Source: Macrostomum hystrix
Taxonomy: Eukaryota; Animalia; Platyhelminthes
Length of the DNA stretch: 64,000 nt
Direction of reading: 5' to 3'
Assembly (NCBI GenBank): GCA_950097015.1
Contig: CATNEN010000001.1
Span: 9,052,001 to 9,116,000 of the forward strand
Made by a program: the position numbers and the translations under genes
Notes under the pieces: generated by a model
The model's input: only the letters and a program-made list of their open reading frames with translations
The model's database searches: none
Told to the model about the DNA's origin: nothing
Shown here: piece by piece, positions 21,756 to 35,516 of the stretch
How the letters are laid out: the number at the start of each line of letters is the position of its first letter
Numbering within the stretch: position 1 is the first letter of the stretch

Positions 21756-22822
21756 CTAGGATTGGCCAAATTAAGGAACGGCCAGCTGACAACACTGTAG
21801 CCAACAACCGTAGCCACATATTTGGCCAGTATGTTATCTAGTAGGCCAGTTTGAAATCGGAAATTGATGCACACACGCAGGTGATCAACTAGCAAGCTGA
21901 ATGCCTTCAACAGAGTGCTTCGTTCAGCGCTCTGGCCGCGGTAGAATGCCACCTCCTCGGCTGCGGCAATGACCCGACTGTTGACGTAGCGAAATTCTCC
22001 TTCCAACTGTTGCTCGCGAACAGTCATACGACCCAATGGCCTACGCAACCTAGTCAGGACTAGGCCCGTTAGCACTAGATAGGCTATCATGCAAGCAGGC
22101 GCGTGACCCCCAATGGTGCTAGTGAGCTTTAGAGCGTAGATGATTATGTCAAGAATGGGTTTGCTCAGGTTGCTATAGAGGTCGGCAACGCAGTCGCATA
22201 GTTTATCCACATCCTGCGCTATCAGCTGATCCGGATTGGCAATGCGGCTATCCAGATTGCCCAGCTGATAGAAAGTGAAGCCTTTCATCCACTTGTTGAT
22301 GAGGTGCACTGTTAGGCGATGCCTAAAACGCAGTTTAACTTCCGACAATCCCAGCTTCAAGAAGTTGTTAATTAGAGTCATGGACGGCATCATTAGAATG
22401 AATCTAAATAGGTAAGTCTTGAATAGAGACAGGCTTCGACCAATGATAGCGCTTTCAATCATTGTGCCATTGGCAATCATCCAGACGTCAAGATATGTTC
22501 TGGCAATGAGACAAGCTGCCACCAATAGTAGATAGAATGTCTCAGCGCTGAATAGTTTGGGTACAAGAATCTTTAATAGTCGGCCTAGACGGGCAAAGAA
22601 TTCAGCATCAACGTAGGCCTTTGCGGCCCGACCTTCAGAAGCTTTCCTTGGATCATTGGCTCCTGCAGCCAGAACAGCGTCCAATTCTTGCAAGCTCTTC
22701 TGCTTGCGACTACGACGACGGGCTGATAATAGACGATTAAGAAAGTACAAGCCAATGACTGTAGTGCTAGCCACAGCTGATGACTGAGGCGATAATAGAT
22801 ATTTGCTGAGTGTGCCAGGCAT
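21756..22822 (-). CDS. ABCD3: ABCD3 exon 1 (ABC_membrane_2 transmembrane domain)
   Basis: 'VDAEFFARLGRLLKILVPK...NLDSRIANPDQLIAQDV...LYSNLSKPILDI...EQQLEGEFRYVNSRVIAAAEEVAFYRG' (EAA motif). Donor AG|GTGAG at 21755. Confidence 0.96.
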
Positions 22823-24449
22823 TGCTGTTTGAGTGTTTTCAGTATTCTAAATGAGTGATTACAGACACAATGGGACAGATATCTGTAAAGAAAATTTTAA
22901 TGTAGAAAAATTGTAATAGAGGATAAGTGTTACATCTACTAGCCTTTAGTTGTTCTGTGAATTTTATAACCTACATAAAACCAACAGTTTATGTTGCTCT
23001 TTTCAGGGCTAAGAAAGGGTAATTTTTTAAGACAGTGCTAGTTTCCCAAAATTCTATTTTAGCCTTACTATGATCTGCTGCACTTTTTTCACTATATCAT
23101 ATTTATATATATTATACTATACTATAATTTTAAACTATACTATATTATAAATATTAAAACTAGCATTATTGTTTAGTTTCTTAGAATCTAGTATACCAAT
23201 ATTCACATTTAGCTACAATAACTATGAGTATTACAAAGAGTTAATAGCTAGCTTGATATATTCAATTGAGTAAACATAATATTTTATGGTAAATAACAGC
23301 TATGTTAATGAATATATATACTTAAATGCATTGGAAAATAGTTGATAGGCTTCTTGACAAGAAGTATGCAATGGACAATTTTTATATTTAATGAAAATAA
23401 TAACAAAAAACATATTAAATTGTTTTGTTAATGATTTGCTACTATGGAAATTTTCAAGTGTGCCCTGACAGGTTTTTAGATACTTATTGTTGAGAGACCT
23501 TTCAATAGCCACAGCATTTGTAGGATAATTTTTACCAGATATTTATACAATTGGTGGATCCAAGTAAAAATTACATACCATAGACATACAAATTAGTCAC
23601 ATACTTTTTCAGATACCAATAATTAAAGTTGACATCACCCATATATTTTGTAATAGGCCTAATGATTCGACTAAAGTAGCAAAGAAGCAGAGAGAGCATA
23701 CTATAAGTATAAATGAAAATGATGGAATATAAATGATCATGAACCAAAGGTGAAGGGTATAGAATCCTATAGAAAGTATGGAAAATTTTTTACTATAAAG
23801 TAAAATTTATGTATTCAATCTAGACTTACTTGCCATTCACATTGACTGAAATTCACAATACAGAATATATACATACTACATGCCTGTATATAGAAAAAAT
23901 TGTTTTGTCAACACAAATATAGGATATAGTATACAATTAAATACCACTCCTGAAATTTAATATAGCTATGCCAATTTGCACATTTTTGTCCACTTGAATT
24001 AGCTAGTTAATGTTGACAGTTACCCAAAAGGGGGTTAAATCAGATAGCTAACCATTTAACAAGCCCTAAACAAAACTTACAAAAGATGTACCTAAATCTT
24101 TGTTATACAAAGTTTGTAATAGTACTAACAAAATAAAAGTTGACAATTTTCCAACAACACTTGAAAAAAGTACAACTTTTGTTTAACAAAACAAAGTGTC
24201 TAGGAGGGGATTAATAAAATGGTTCTCCATTGTTCGTTTCAATCATTTTAAATGTTTATTGTCATTCTGCAAAGTCCCAAAGATCCTTTAATGTTTTTCA
24301 AGTAATTGCAACATTGCAAGCCAGCCATATTTAGTTTAAAAAATTATCTCCAGACTATTTTAAGAATAAATCATATTTCGCCGACTTTTTTAAGCCTACT
24401 AGATTTTTCCTTTTAAATCTGATTGACTGTTGCTTGTTTATAAGGACCC

Positions 24450-24540
24450 TCACCCAATCGTGCGTTAGTTGTTTTCGTACCCCACTGGCGCGTTGTGATT
24501 GGTTGGGTGGGCGACTGCTCTCTTGTTGACCCGCCCCTTT
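24450..24540 (-). promoter_or_regulatory. Candidate ABCD3 core promoter (CCAAT and GC boxes)
   Basis: CCAAT at 24454, ATTGG at 24498 and CCGCCC at 24531 in a small GC-rich island ~1.7 kb upstream of the ATG. A minus-strand acceptor (tttacAG at 22883) suggests a 5'UTR intron. Confidence 0.4.
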
Positions 24541-27227
24541 CCCCCGTTTTTTTATTTATTTACTTCGCTGTTTCGCAAAAATGATACTTACTTTTCCTTT
24601 TCTTAGTGTGCCAAAAGTCAATTTCTGTAAGTTGAAATCTAAAGGTTTAGAAATTGCTGGTTTAATTATCGCTACTTTCTTAGAACTACTAAAATAGAGA
24701 TATATAGATTTTTTCACCAGACAAGTCGATTTTTAATAAATAGTTTTAAAGCAATTGATTTACATTTTATTGTTTAGACTGCTAAATTTTTAATATCAAG
24801 TTGTTTTAATTTGTTAAAACGATTAATAAGTAAAACCGCTACGCTGCATTACGATTTTTTACTCCGCCTATGAATCTGGAATCAGGAAATGGCCCGGAAT
24901 CTTGAATTCACTTTGAAACACACTTTATACCATCATTGAAGTAAAATTGCCATAGGTTTTTATATCCCGTTGAGTATATACACACATTTGCCTTTTTTCT
25001 TGCAAGGAATCGAACACGAGTTTGTTACTGCTTCATGATTTTTGTCATAAGCACAACACTCACACAGGTGCGTACATCGCCAGACAGCAGGCACTCTCAC
25101 TAGTGCCTTTGTTATCGGCTCTGAAGGATATAAATTACATGACTAGCCCCAAGCGCTTTTTTTAATTTTCAAAATAATTTTTGGCTAAAGATCAGCTGCA
25201 AATTCTAGGTCGAGGGCAAGTGATGAGCCTCACTAATGAGCCTGTTCTAATGCATGCACATCATTAGCTTCAGCTTCAGTTTCCTAGTTCGATCGGGTTC
25301 ACCCTTGCTTATTAGATGAGTCAATCATCATTAAAAAATGAAGTGTAAAAACAGATTGTTCACGTCTATTAGGAGCTGTAAGGTCTTTTTAGGAGCAGTT
25401 AATTTTTTAACGCAGTATAATATTTACCATGCTTGCGAAATGATTATTTGATTCGTATCTGTAAATTGATGTATATATAAGTAGGGTCTGAAGGATTTAT
25501 AAGACTTCAGTTATACATTAATGTTCGTGAGATCTACGTGCAACAATAACAAAAGCAATATAAGAAAATAAAAAATTTGTTATTTTCTAAAAAAATAGTC
25601 CTGCTTAGAAATTAACAATTGCATTTAACTTTTAAATAGGTACTTTTACCTAAGTAAAAGCTTGTTACATAATCACGAGTATTACTTCATAAATAAGTTC
25701 TACAATAGAGTTAACGAAAGCACATTATTAATCATTCTAGAAACATTTAGACAAATAATGACCTAAGAAACATATATTTTAAAATTAATGATAGTCCCGG
25801 CCGCTATTATCGTTATTGTTTTGTTACAGTATAACCAGTTAAAAATATTGTATTTGCTATAACGAATGATTAGCTTTCTTGGACATTTATGGGTTAAAAC
25901 TATTTATAGAATGCCCCCCACACACGATCAGATGAAGCTAAATGCGAGTATCTGCCCTTTTTCATCGCTACGGATGTTTAAGACTGCAGCTTTTATGCCT
26001 GAGATTTACAACTACTTCCTGATATTGCTTGCTAAGCCAAGCATATTATTATTATCATTATGATTATTAATGCACCTACAATGCTCAGTCCGCTAGAGAG
26101 ATCAGTTATTTTACTATACAAGACCGCTAGATTATTTGAATTTGTATTGTCAAAGCTGCAATGCATTCATATGTTATGGTTTATCTACTATAGAGCTTGT
26201 CAATGGGCATTGTTACGCAGTCCTGTTTCCGTATTGCTTCCTGCATGGGCTTTAGATGGTCGCCCAGTGAGCTAGCTAAAAACTCAATAAGTGCAACTTC
26301 CCTTGGTTGTTCTGCCTATATTTTTTTATTTATTGCAGTAAGTTCTGCTTGCGAACTTCCATATAGCACACGTCAGCTCCAAAAACACTTTCAAATCATG
26401 TATCATTGATAATTGATCCTCTAATCGATGCTAATGGACTGATTCGAAATTGATTTCAATTGTCACTTTGACAAGGCGCATTAACATGATTGATTGGCAG
26501 ACAGACTGAATTAAGAAAAAAGTACAACTTGACATTGACAGCCAAACTAACACGAGAGCGTATCTGTGATGCACTTGAATTTTAGACTTGAAATTTAGCT
26601 CTCTTACGCTGCCTCAGGGGGATCATTTTCCGCGACCTCGACTTCGTGATCGCTGCTGGGAATGAAATAAATAAACTTTCCAACCTGTCGCAGACTGTCG
26701 AGACGAGAGCTGGACTTTTAAGTCGTAATTCGCAACGACTGGCTAAGCAATTATGCAAATCCGTAGCCTCGAGAACCGCGGCGCAGTCTCTCCCATTTTC
26801 CAGTCACTCTTTGGCTCACTCAATTCTTTCGTCTTCAATAACTTACACAGTGTTTTGATATGGCGGTTGCATGGTCAGAAGTAAAAAAAATCGTCAAAAC
26901 GGGGACTAGATTAATGGCTGCTCCATGCAGTGCGCCTAGCTTGCAGGATTATTTCATTTTGCCGAAATAACTGGACTTGCAGGATTGCGAGATCTGGGAC
27001 TGAGACGGGAGCGACTGTGTTTTGACCGATCTAAGACATCAAAGCGTCTCTTTTGAATTCCTGCATTCCTAATTAATCGCGAGATAGATTTGACTGCATA
27101 TTCAGGCTTAACTAACTTGGATGCCGGGCACTGGGGATGCATAAATTCAAGGCTTTGGTAGAATCCCATGGTTTCAGCTGATTCACGATCAAAGATGACG
27201 TTCCTTCAGACACTGATATTTAAGGGG

Positions 27228-27612
27228 GTTGGCCACTCACTCAGTCTCTGGTAGTTAAGGAGGTTGGCCTCTCTAACCTTCTCTCAGTCTCTGGTAGTTA
27301 AGGAGGTTGGCCTCTCTGACCTTCACTCAGTTTCTGGTTGTTAAGGAGGTTGGCCTCTCTAACCTTCACTCAGTCTCTGGTAGTTAAGGAGGTTGGCCTC
27401 TCTAACCTTCTCTCAGTCTCTGGTAGTTAAGGAGGTTGGCCTCTCTGACCTTCACTCAGTTTCTGGTTGTTAAGGAGGTTGGCCTCTCTAACCTTCACTC
27501 AGTCTCTGGTAGTTAAGGAGGTTGGCCTCTCTAACCTTCACTCAGTTTCTGGTTGTTAAGGAGGTTGGCCTCTCTAACCTTCACTCAGTCTCTGGTTGTT
27601 AAGGAGGTTGGC
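27228..27612. repeat. 43-bp minisatellite (CACTCAGTCTCTGGTAGTTAAGGAGGTTGGCCTCTCTAACCTT)n, ~9 copies
   Basis: Tandem units with an internal AGGTTGG/CTAACCT hairpin. Confidence 0.95.
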
Positions 27613-28254
27613 TAAAAAAGCATTATCTATGAAAGATATTCACAATGGCTGTGTCAGTCTTGAGATTCCCAAAGCGTTGTCAAGTAAATGTTTGAAAAGA
27701 AACTTAAGTATTTATTCTGAAAAAAATTGAATGAGAATTTAGACGGAGAAGAACAGTCAGCGGAAGTTTCACGGCGTCCTTGACGGCCCTGAGCAGTGCG
27801 CGATTTCTCGTCTTTCCTTTCATGGTCTGCAAGGTGAAACTGGGAACATGATATTTGATTCTAGGGACAACTCTAACAGGACATTGTCTGGTACAGTTGC
27901 CCAAACAATTCCCAAAAGAAATCCGCCAGAGAATCTGTGTCTTGTTAACTTCCTTTCCTTGCAGCCTTGCAGTCGTTTCTATATAAACACATCGGAAGTG
28001 AAACTTTCCAATCGCGAGGAAATGTTTTCTTCAGACAGTAAACTTTTGAGTAGTTCTTGAGTACACACAAGAGACCACTCCAGTGTGTAGCCAGTTAGCT
28101 TAAATTTGAGTGCCGCCAAAGGTTCGGCTGTTACGCCTCTCGGAAGTGAATCGTAGAGGAATAGAGACGCGATAGGAAGTAGAGAACATTGATGGACTTG
28201 CTATTTTGATTTGAAGATTTAAATAGAGTGGAATTCGTGACAGCTTCCAGTCCA

Positions 28255-29145
28255 GGTGGTGAAGTTTCAGTGAGGTTTCTAGAAAACTGGTGACGTTTCT
28301 TGGGAGATGGTGATGTTTCTAGGGAGGTGGTGAGGTTTCTAGGGAGGTGGTGAGGTTTCTAGGGAGGTGGTGAGGTTTCTAGGGAGGTGGTGAGGTTTTT
28401 AGGGAGGTGGTGAGGTTTCTAGGGAGGTGGTGAGGTTTCTAGGGAGGTGGTGAGGTTTCTAGGGAGGTGGTGAGGTTTCTAGGGAGGTGGTGAGGTTTCT
28501 AGGGAGGTGGTGAGGTTTCTAGGGAGGTGGTGAGGTTTCTAGGGAGGTGATGAGGTTTCTAGGGAGGTGGTGAGGTTTCTAGGGAGGTGGTGAGGTTTCT
28601 AGGGAGGTGGTGAGGTTTCTAAGGAGGTGATGAGGTTTCTAGGGAGGTGATGAGGTTTCTAGGGAGATGGTGAGGTTTCTAGAGAGGTGGTGAGGTTTCT
28701 AGAGAGGTGGTGAGGTTTCTAGGGAGATGGGGAGGTTTCTAGGGAGATGGTGAGGTTTCTAGGGAGGTGGTGAGGTTTCTAAGGAGGTGATGAGGTTTCT
28801 AGGGAGGTGATGAGGTTTTTAGGGAGGTGATGAGGTTTTTAGGGAGGTGATGAGGTTTCTAGGGAGATGGTGAGGTTTCTAGAGAGGTGGTGAGGTTTCT
28901 AGGGAGGTGGTGAGGTTTCTAGGGAGGTGGTGAGGTTTCTAGGGAGATGGGGAGGTTTCTAGGGAGATGGTGAGGTTTCTAGGGAGGTGGTGAGGTTTCT
29001 ATGGAGGTGGTGAGGTTTCTAGGGAGGTGGTGAGGTTTCTAGGGAGGTGGTGAGGTTTCTAGGGAGGTGGTGAGGTTTTTAGGGAGGTGGGGAGGTTTCT
29101 AGGGAGATCGGGAGGTTTCTAGGGAGATGGAGAGGTTCTAGTGGT
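28255..29145. repeat. 20-bp minisatellite (AGGGAGGTGGTGAGGTTTCT)n
   Basis: Tandem units. Confidence 0.97.
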
Positions 29146-30115
29146 GATGCTTCTCGAAATTTAGTGAGGTTTTTGAAGAGGCTCGAAATTTTACTATGGA
29201 CTATGTGGGTATCTTAGTACAATTTAAATGGCTTTAGAGGTCAAATGAAGAGCTGCTAAGCATTGAAATCGCAGTATATTCCAACTAAAGGAGTGATGTT
29301 TCTATACTATACCGATATTTAACGGTCGCTTTGGTCTCAACTTTGTGATACCATTACTCGTCACAATGAGTTGACTAAAGTCAAGTATGAAAGAGCTATA
29401 GTTGTTATGCTATTTAGCCAATGTTTGCGTGTATAAAAATCAATAACACACTCAATAAGTCGTTATATATAAATCGATCAATTTAACAAGAACAAGCGAA
29501 ACGCCAAGTGTGGTCTGCTCAGGAAAATGAGTCGGTGTCGGAGTTAGGGCAGGCTGGAGAGCTGGTTGAGACGTCAGAAAATTGCACCGACGAAGGAGTG
29601 AATGGCGCATCTCGAGGAAGAAAAGGAGAGAGCTTCCGACAGCGCCTCGGAAGTTGCTTCCACTCTCGTGAACTCCAGGGCCTCAAATCTCCTGCGCTTC
29701 ATCATGCAGCTTCTCAGCGCTGAAACTCTTTAACATTCATTCTCCCTGTGCTCAACGCTAAGCTCCTTATTCAAATTCTTCCCGTGGCGCTGCCCGCTCT
29801 GCTCTGCCAGTTTTTTTACGCCGAGGGCGAAGATGACGGCTGAAAGAAGAAGTCAAGAGAAGAAAAAAATGCGGAGAGGGAAGAATTTTGAGTGACTAGG
29901 GAGTGCAGAGAGAATCAACTGCATTTTAGTAAGTCACCAGTGGCCTTTCGTTTCTAATTGGTTGCGACGCAGGGAAGATTTCACAGCAATCAGAACGATT
30001 GGCGCTAGCTGCAACCCGGAATGGGGTTAGAAATATGAGCGAGATGGGTAGGAGCCGCCCTGCTTTGATCGTATGCTACGGACAACTACCGCCAGAAAAT
30101 TAATACAGCCGTGGC

Positions 30116-30473
30116 ATGCCAAGAAGCCGTGGCTCATTGACTTCGCTGCTACAGCTGACATTGTGCTGCAGCAGCCTGCTGTTTGTCCAGCCAGTGTTTG
30201 GCGAGCTGCGTCACTATGCTAAACGACGCGCAGACTTCGAGTCAACTGCCGAGGCTGCTTACAGCCCGATCGGCTATCGGAGCGCTGGCGGCGGCGGCAG
30301 CAGCGGAGGCGCAGGGTCTGCACCGCAGTGTCAGCTGGAGATCGCCTGCTCGGGCGTCAGCGGCCGCACTCCTGTCCGCCTGCCGATCCAGGGACCCAGG
30401 GGACCGCCGGGAGAGCGCGGCCCGCCAGGCGAGAAGGGGATGCGCGGTGAACCTGGACGCGTTGGAGAGCCAG
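30116..30473 (+). CDS. Secreted collagen/C1q-domain protein (C1q-like/CTRP type), exon 1: signal peptide, KRR site, CxxxxxC, Gly-X-Y repeats
   Basis: Hydrophobic signal 'LTSLLQLTLCCSSLLFVQPVFG'. Collagen repeat 'GPRGPPGERGPPGEKGMRGEPGRVGEPG'. Strong phase-1 donor CAG|GTGAGT at 30474. Confidence 0.9.
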
Positions 30474-30589
30474 GTGAGTTTCTCTTCGATGTTGAATGAG
30501 TTTCGATGACCTTTGTAGTATTCATTGTGAGCTCATTGAGCTCCCGATTTCTAACTGAGAGTCGGATGTTCGAACCACGGCTAAGGGTG

Positions 30590-30810
30590 TTGTAGCATAC
30601 GCTCGTAGTCGTTAGGAGCATCGGACTCACGACTTGAAGGTCTGGGGGTTCGATTCCCGACGGAACGATTTGTGTCCACTTAACTCTGCACTGCTTCGAG
30701 TTTTCCCAGCCGTTAAATAGGTTCCACTATTGGCTGGGGGTAATTGAGGGTAAGTTAGGCGTCCTTTCAGTCCATGGACTTAAAACTGTTGACAGCACAA
30801 TAGCTGCGTC
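30590..30810 (+). mobile_element. tRNA-derived SINE (family B) with a CORE/Meta-like central domain
   Basis: tRNA-like head with B-box GGTTCGATTCC at ~30647, followed by 'CACTTAACTCTGCACTGCTTCGAGTTTTCCCAGCCGTTAAATAGG', which resembles the MIR CORE consensus as I recall it. Confidence 0.55.
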
Positions 30811-32470
30811 TGTGATGTCGACTGCACATCTGGTTCTATTGGGGCAGGTGTAATTCATTTCTAGTTTACGTGATAGTTGCGATACCATGGACTTGGCTTC
30901 ACTATAGAGCTGCACATATGTAGTAGCTGACGGTGAAACGATAGCAAAAATGATGAATTATAGAGTTATCCCCACTTGGGAGGGGACTACACTAATTGGT
31001 AACACTAAGGAGGGGTAGAGAGAGACGTGAAAACTGTATCCAATACCTGTACTAGAGCACACAAGCTCCAAAGAATGGTAACGAGCATCCAACCCTCTTT
31101 GGCCTCGCTACAATATGGTGTCTCGGAGACCAAACTGAAATATATACTCTGTTCTCCGTTGTCAGCCAGCTGGCAACTGTAGAAGCTCCAGGGGTGCTTG
31201 GTCCATTTCATGACTGATGCTCCTAAATTGACTCCATCTGTTACGGATGGCTCCGGTAGTGAATAGTGCACAAACACACGGCAAGTGTAAAGCAGGCCAA
31301 AGTAATATGCACAAATATTAGAGGTGCGAAAATACACACAGCTCTTGGCCCGAATCTGAACCTCGAGATCCTCGATGTTAGCTAAAAAACCCGTTCAAAT
31401 TCTAGTTTTCGCGGCACTCTGTCAACACCACTTGGCTTAGTTCTCATGGGGTTTTGAAATGTAAATCTGGACCTAGCTGTTTAGACTGAGTTGGACGCGA
31501 GGTGAAGATGGGAATAGTGTGAACACATATTGGAGTATTGCTCCACTGCATACACTAAAACTCATGAGAGGCAGCTACTCAAAATCAATGCTCTTGCTCA
31601 CGTAAATTTTCGACCTAATCTCCGCGGGAAGGAACAACATTTGCGAAAGATGGAAACGATTAATGTAGGACAGGCAGAAGATTAATAAGGTGAAAGAATA
31701 TCTTGTGCAAATCTGTGGACTTTTAACGGATGAGCTTATAAAAGCAGTGACATAAAATCTTTGAATAAATCAATGAGAAAGTTTCTTTGACTTCATTTTG
31801 TTAGAATCTACGAGCGTAGAAATCATATCTGATGCTTTTAAAGACGGAAACACTGCATGGTTGTCAAATATTTGCTATTGAAGCTAGACTTTAAAGCGTG
31901 GAAGTTTAACTTGGCCTAATAAATGTGAATTACCAAGCAAAGAATGTCGTTGATATCATAAATCCTTTAATTCCCTGCGCTATGTGCTATTTTTAGACTT
32001 GCTTGCTTGCGGGGGGAAGGAAAACTTGACTTGCATATGTACATTCAATAATGTACGCTTTCACCGCAGATATGCCTAATTTAATCGGGGAAGCAGTTTA
32101 TGTACATCTGATAGCCGGAGCTATTTTTAGAACGGGCTCTAATGGCACGCACTTAACTATTGCATATTTGTCAACAACCCAGTCACTATAAATAGTAATC
32201 CTACATGTTTTTGGCATTTTATGAATTGTTTTTTAACAACTACTATGTAACATATTACACATAAACATGACATGCGTAATGCCTAAATCTGGGAAGTTTG
32301 AAAATATGTTCACGAACAAGCCGGCAACAGCTGGGACGTTATTAAAAAAAGAAGTCAAAATATGTTTTACCCTAGCATAGCAGACAATGAATCTGAGCAA
32401 GTGTTCTTTGTAAAAAAAATAGACTAAATAAAACACAATTAAATACAATAAAACAACTCTTGAATTGTAG

Positions 32471-33108
32471 GGCCCGTCCCAGCTGTTGACCGAAAGGAAG
32501 TTGGCGGAGCTGCTGCTGCTGCGTTGCGTCAGGTAGCTGATGAATCCGCCGCAGTTGATTATGCCGGCGATGAAGCATTTGCTTCTGAAGCAAATATCGA
32601 TAATGACGATCCAGAAGATGAGGCGATGATGTTAGCTGACGAGGCTGAGGAACTTCCAGGCTACGGGCAGTGCCACCTGGCTCTGGTGGAAATCACCACC
32701 GGTGACAGGTGCGAATTCGGTGGAACCGGAAGCGGCCTCGTGCAGCTCAACGCAACCGATGAGCTCATCAACCAGCTGATCGCTGCCTCTTTGGTTCATT
32801 TTCCGGACCAAGTTGTTGGACTTCTGCCAAACCCGATGCAAGGCTTCGATGAGCCTTCAAAACAAAAGCCAGTGGAGTCGTCAGCACCGACCAAGGAGCC
32901 GACAACAACCACTGAGCACAAAATCGCTGATGGAGTCGGCGCTTCAATTGACGGGAAAGAATTATCTAACAATCTGGGCTCCATCGCAAAAGTACAAGGC
33001 GCCAGCAGTGACGAGGGACGTTCTGCCGCTGTTAGCAGACAACCATGCGCTGGCTTGACATTGTCTGTGACTGCCATTTTTTATCATTTGTTATTGTTTA
33101 ACTATTGA
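32471..33108 (+). CDS. Putative alternative terminal exon of the collagen/C1q gene: acidic and S/T/P-rich stalk ending in a GPI-signal-like hydrophobic tail
   Basis: Acceptor ttgtAG|GG at 32470 is in phase 1 with the 30473 donor. Open for ~212 codons with coding-like GC content inside AT-rich flanks. Ends '...GRSAAVSRQPCAGLTLSVTAIFYHLLLFNY*'. AATAAA at 33436 and 33524. Confidence 0.65.
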
Positions 33109-34499
33109 TCTGATCAATGCTGTTTTTTTCGTTCTATTCTGTAGCCTAGTCAGTTTTTAGGGGCCGAATCGACACGGAAAGTTACTAAAGTGTTTATTGG
33201 ATTCGTAAAACGACAAACTCATTTAATCGTATTTTTTTCGGCCGGAAATAATTGTAGATTATGAGCAGCAAAACTGTCGAATTTTTAAGGAAAGTTTGCA
33301 TTTGAAACTTCACCAGACTCTAAATATGAAAGCAAAGTTTTTATTTTACGCTTGTTAGAACACATGATGCTCTTATCAATTTTAACAAATTTATAGTTAC
33401 TTTTTATATCACACTGTCTATATATGCTTAAACATAATAAACATTTCAATAATATTTTTGTTGTTTAAATGTGAAAAAATTCAAATTTTCCAGAGTACAT
33501 CGACTTACAAACTGAATTGTTTTAATAAAACTTCAACGATTTTGTTTGTTTGTTTCTAAAACAGACAAACAAAACTTTTCGTATTTAAGTTCGTTTCTAA
33601 AAAATCAAATTTCTTGCTTCACAAGCAGAACTTTTCTCATTTTTTATTTCATTGACCTACATGCGCGAGGTTGGGTCTTAAAAGAGCCATGCAAAACGAC
33701 TCAATCAAGTGGAAAATCTCACAAAGACTCAACTATAACGTCAAAGGAAATTATCCCCCCAAACCATAAAAGGATTCCTCTCATCATCTCCCAGATCAGT
33801 GACGCCCATGCCATCGTTTCATAATTTCGTAATCGTGCCTATACTTCTTGCACAACTCGACAAGCAGCTTTAGCGAATTCAATCAAATCAAAAAGCTCAA
33901 TCAAAAACGGGGCCAAATTCCTACATCACGCAGCAATCAATGAACCGCACGGGCAAGGCCCTAAATCTTTTTTTCGCTTGATAAGTAATGCGGGAGGATT
34001 TGAAAAACCCATTTTATTTTAACAAAGAAAAAACTGAATATCGATGCCACTTTTATAATAGGATGAAAAGCTCTGCTATTCATTCATTCAAAGATATGTT
34101 TTCATTTAGTCCATAAATCTATTGATTTTCTAGATTTTCCTATGAATTTTAGATGGAATATATTACCTAGCATATATTCTCAAAGGCCAATGATGATGTG
34201 GGTGTCCAGAGAAAGCAATCAATGTAAATCACAGTTTGTAAGGAAAATAGAAAAAAAATTATATAGAAAACACTGCCCGCCGAAAAAATCAAAGAGAAGT
34301 ACTTGTACTATTGAGAAATGTACTCTTTAGTCTGGCTTAACACCAAATCTAGAGAGAAATTTGTCTGCATGCAAAACTTACGATTATCAAACTAGATTAA
34401 TAAAGTTTTTACAATAATTATTTCTCTTTAAAAATCAGTCCATATCCCAATCTCTATCCCGTACCATCTCTATCCTTGCCACTATCCTAGTCTTTATTC

Positions 34500-35480
34500 C
34501 GCTAAAAATCACAGTCTCTATTCCAGTCTCTATCCCAGTCTCAATCCCAGTCTCTATCCCAGTCTTTTTCCCCGTTTCTGTCCCCCAGTCTTATGCCCCA
34601 GTCTTTATCCCAGTCTTTATCGCAGTCTCCAGCCCAGTCTCTATCTCAGTCTCTATCGCAGTCCTTATCTCAGTCTCTATCCCAGTCTCAGTCCCAGTGT
34701 CAATCCCAGTGTCAATCCCAGTCTCAATCTCAGTCTCTATCCCAGTCTCTATCCCAGTCTCTATCCCAGTCTCAATCCCAGCCTCAATCCCAGTCTCTAT
34801 CCCAGTCTCTATCCCAGTCTCTATCCCAGTCTCAATCTCAGTCTCTATCCCAGTCTCAATCTCAGTCTCAATCCCAGTCTCTATCCCAGTCTCAATCCCA
34901 GTCTCTATCCCAGTCTCTATCCCAGTCTCTATCCCAGTCTCAATCTCAGTCTCTATCCCAGTTTCTATCCCAGTCTCAATCCCAGTCTCTATCTCAGTCT
35001 CTATCCCAGTCTCTATCCCAGTCTCAGTCCCAGTCTCTATCCCAGTCTCAGTCCCAGTCTCAATCCCAGTCTCTATCCCAGTCTCAACCCCAGTCTCTAT
35101 CCCAGTCTCTATCCCAGTCTCTATCCCAGTCTCAATCTCAGTCTCTATCCCAGTTTCTATCCCAGTCTCAATCCCAGTCTCTATCTCAGTCTCTATCCCA
35201 GTCTCTATCCCAGTCTCAATCCCAGTCTCTATCCCAGTCTCAGTCCCAGTCTCTATCCCAGTCTCAGTCCCAGTCTCAATCCCAGTCTCAATCCCAGTCT
35301 CTATCCCAGTCTCTATCCCAGTCTCTATCCCAGTCTCTATCCCAGTCTCAATCCCAGTCTCAATCCCAGTCTCAATCCCAGTCTCTATCTCAGACTCTAT
35401 CCCAGTCTCAATCTCAGTCTCTATCCCAGTCTCTATCCCAGTCTCTATCCAAATATTTTTACCAGTCTCTATTCGAGTCC
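34500..35480. repeat. 12-bp minisatellite (CCAGTCTCTATC / CCAGTCTCAATC)n abutting the C1q exon 2 acceptor
   Basis: Tandem units. Confidence 0.96.
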
Positions 35481-35516
35481 CAGATCTAATTATTTTCTCG
35501 CTTTCTCCTCACGCAG

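Noticed and set aside
30595-30668. Possible tRNA gene
   Set aside because: Good T-arm/B-box, but acceptor and D stems do not pair convincingly and it continues into a SINE-like body. Treated as a SINE head.
31005-31337. 110-aa minus-strand ORF in C1q intron 1
   Set aside because: No recognisable domain, non-ATG start, no convincing splice sites.
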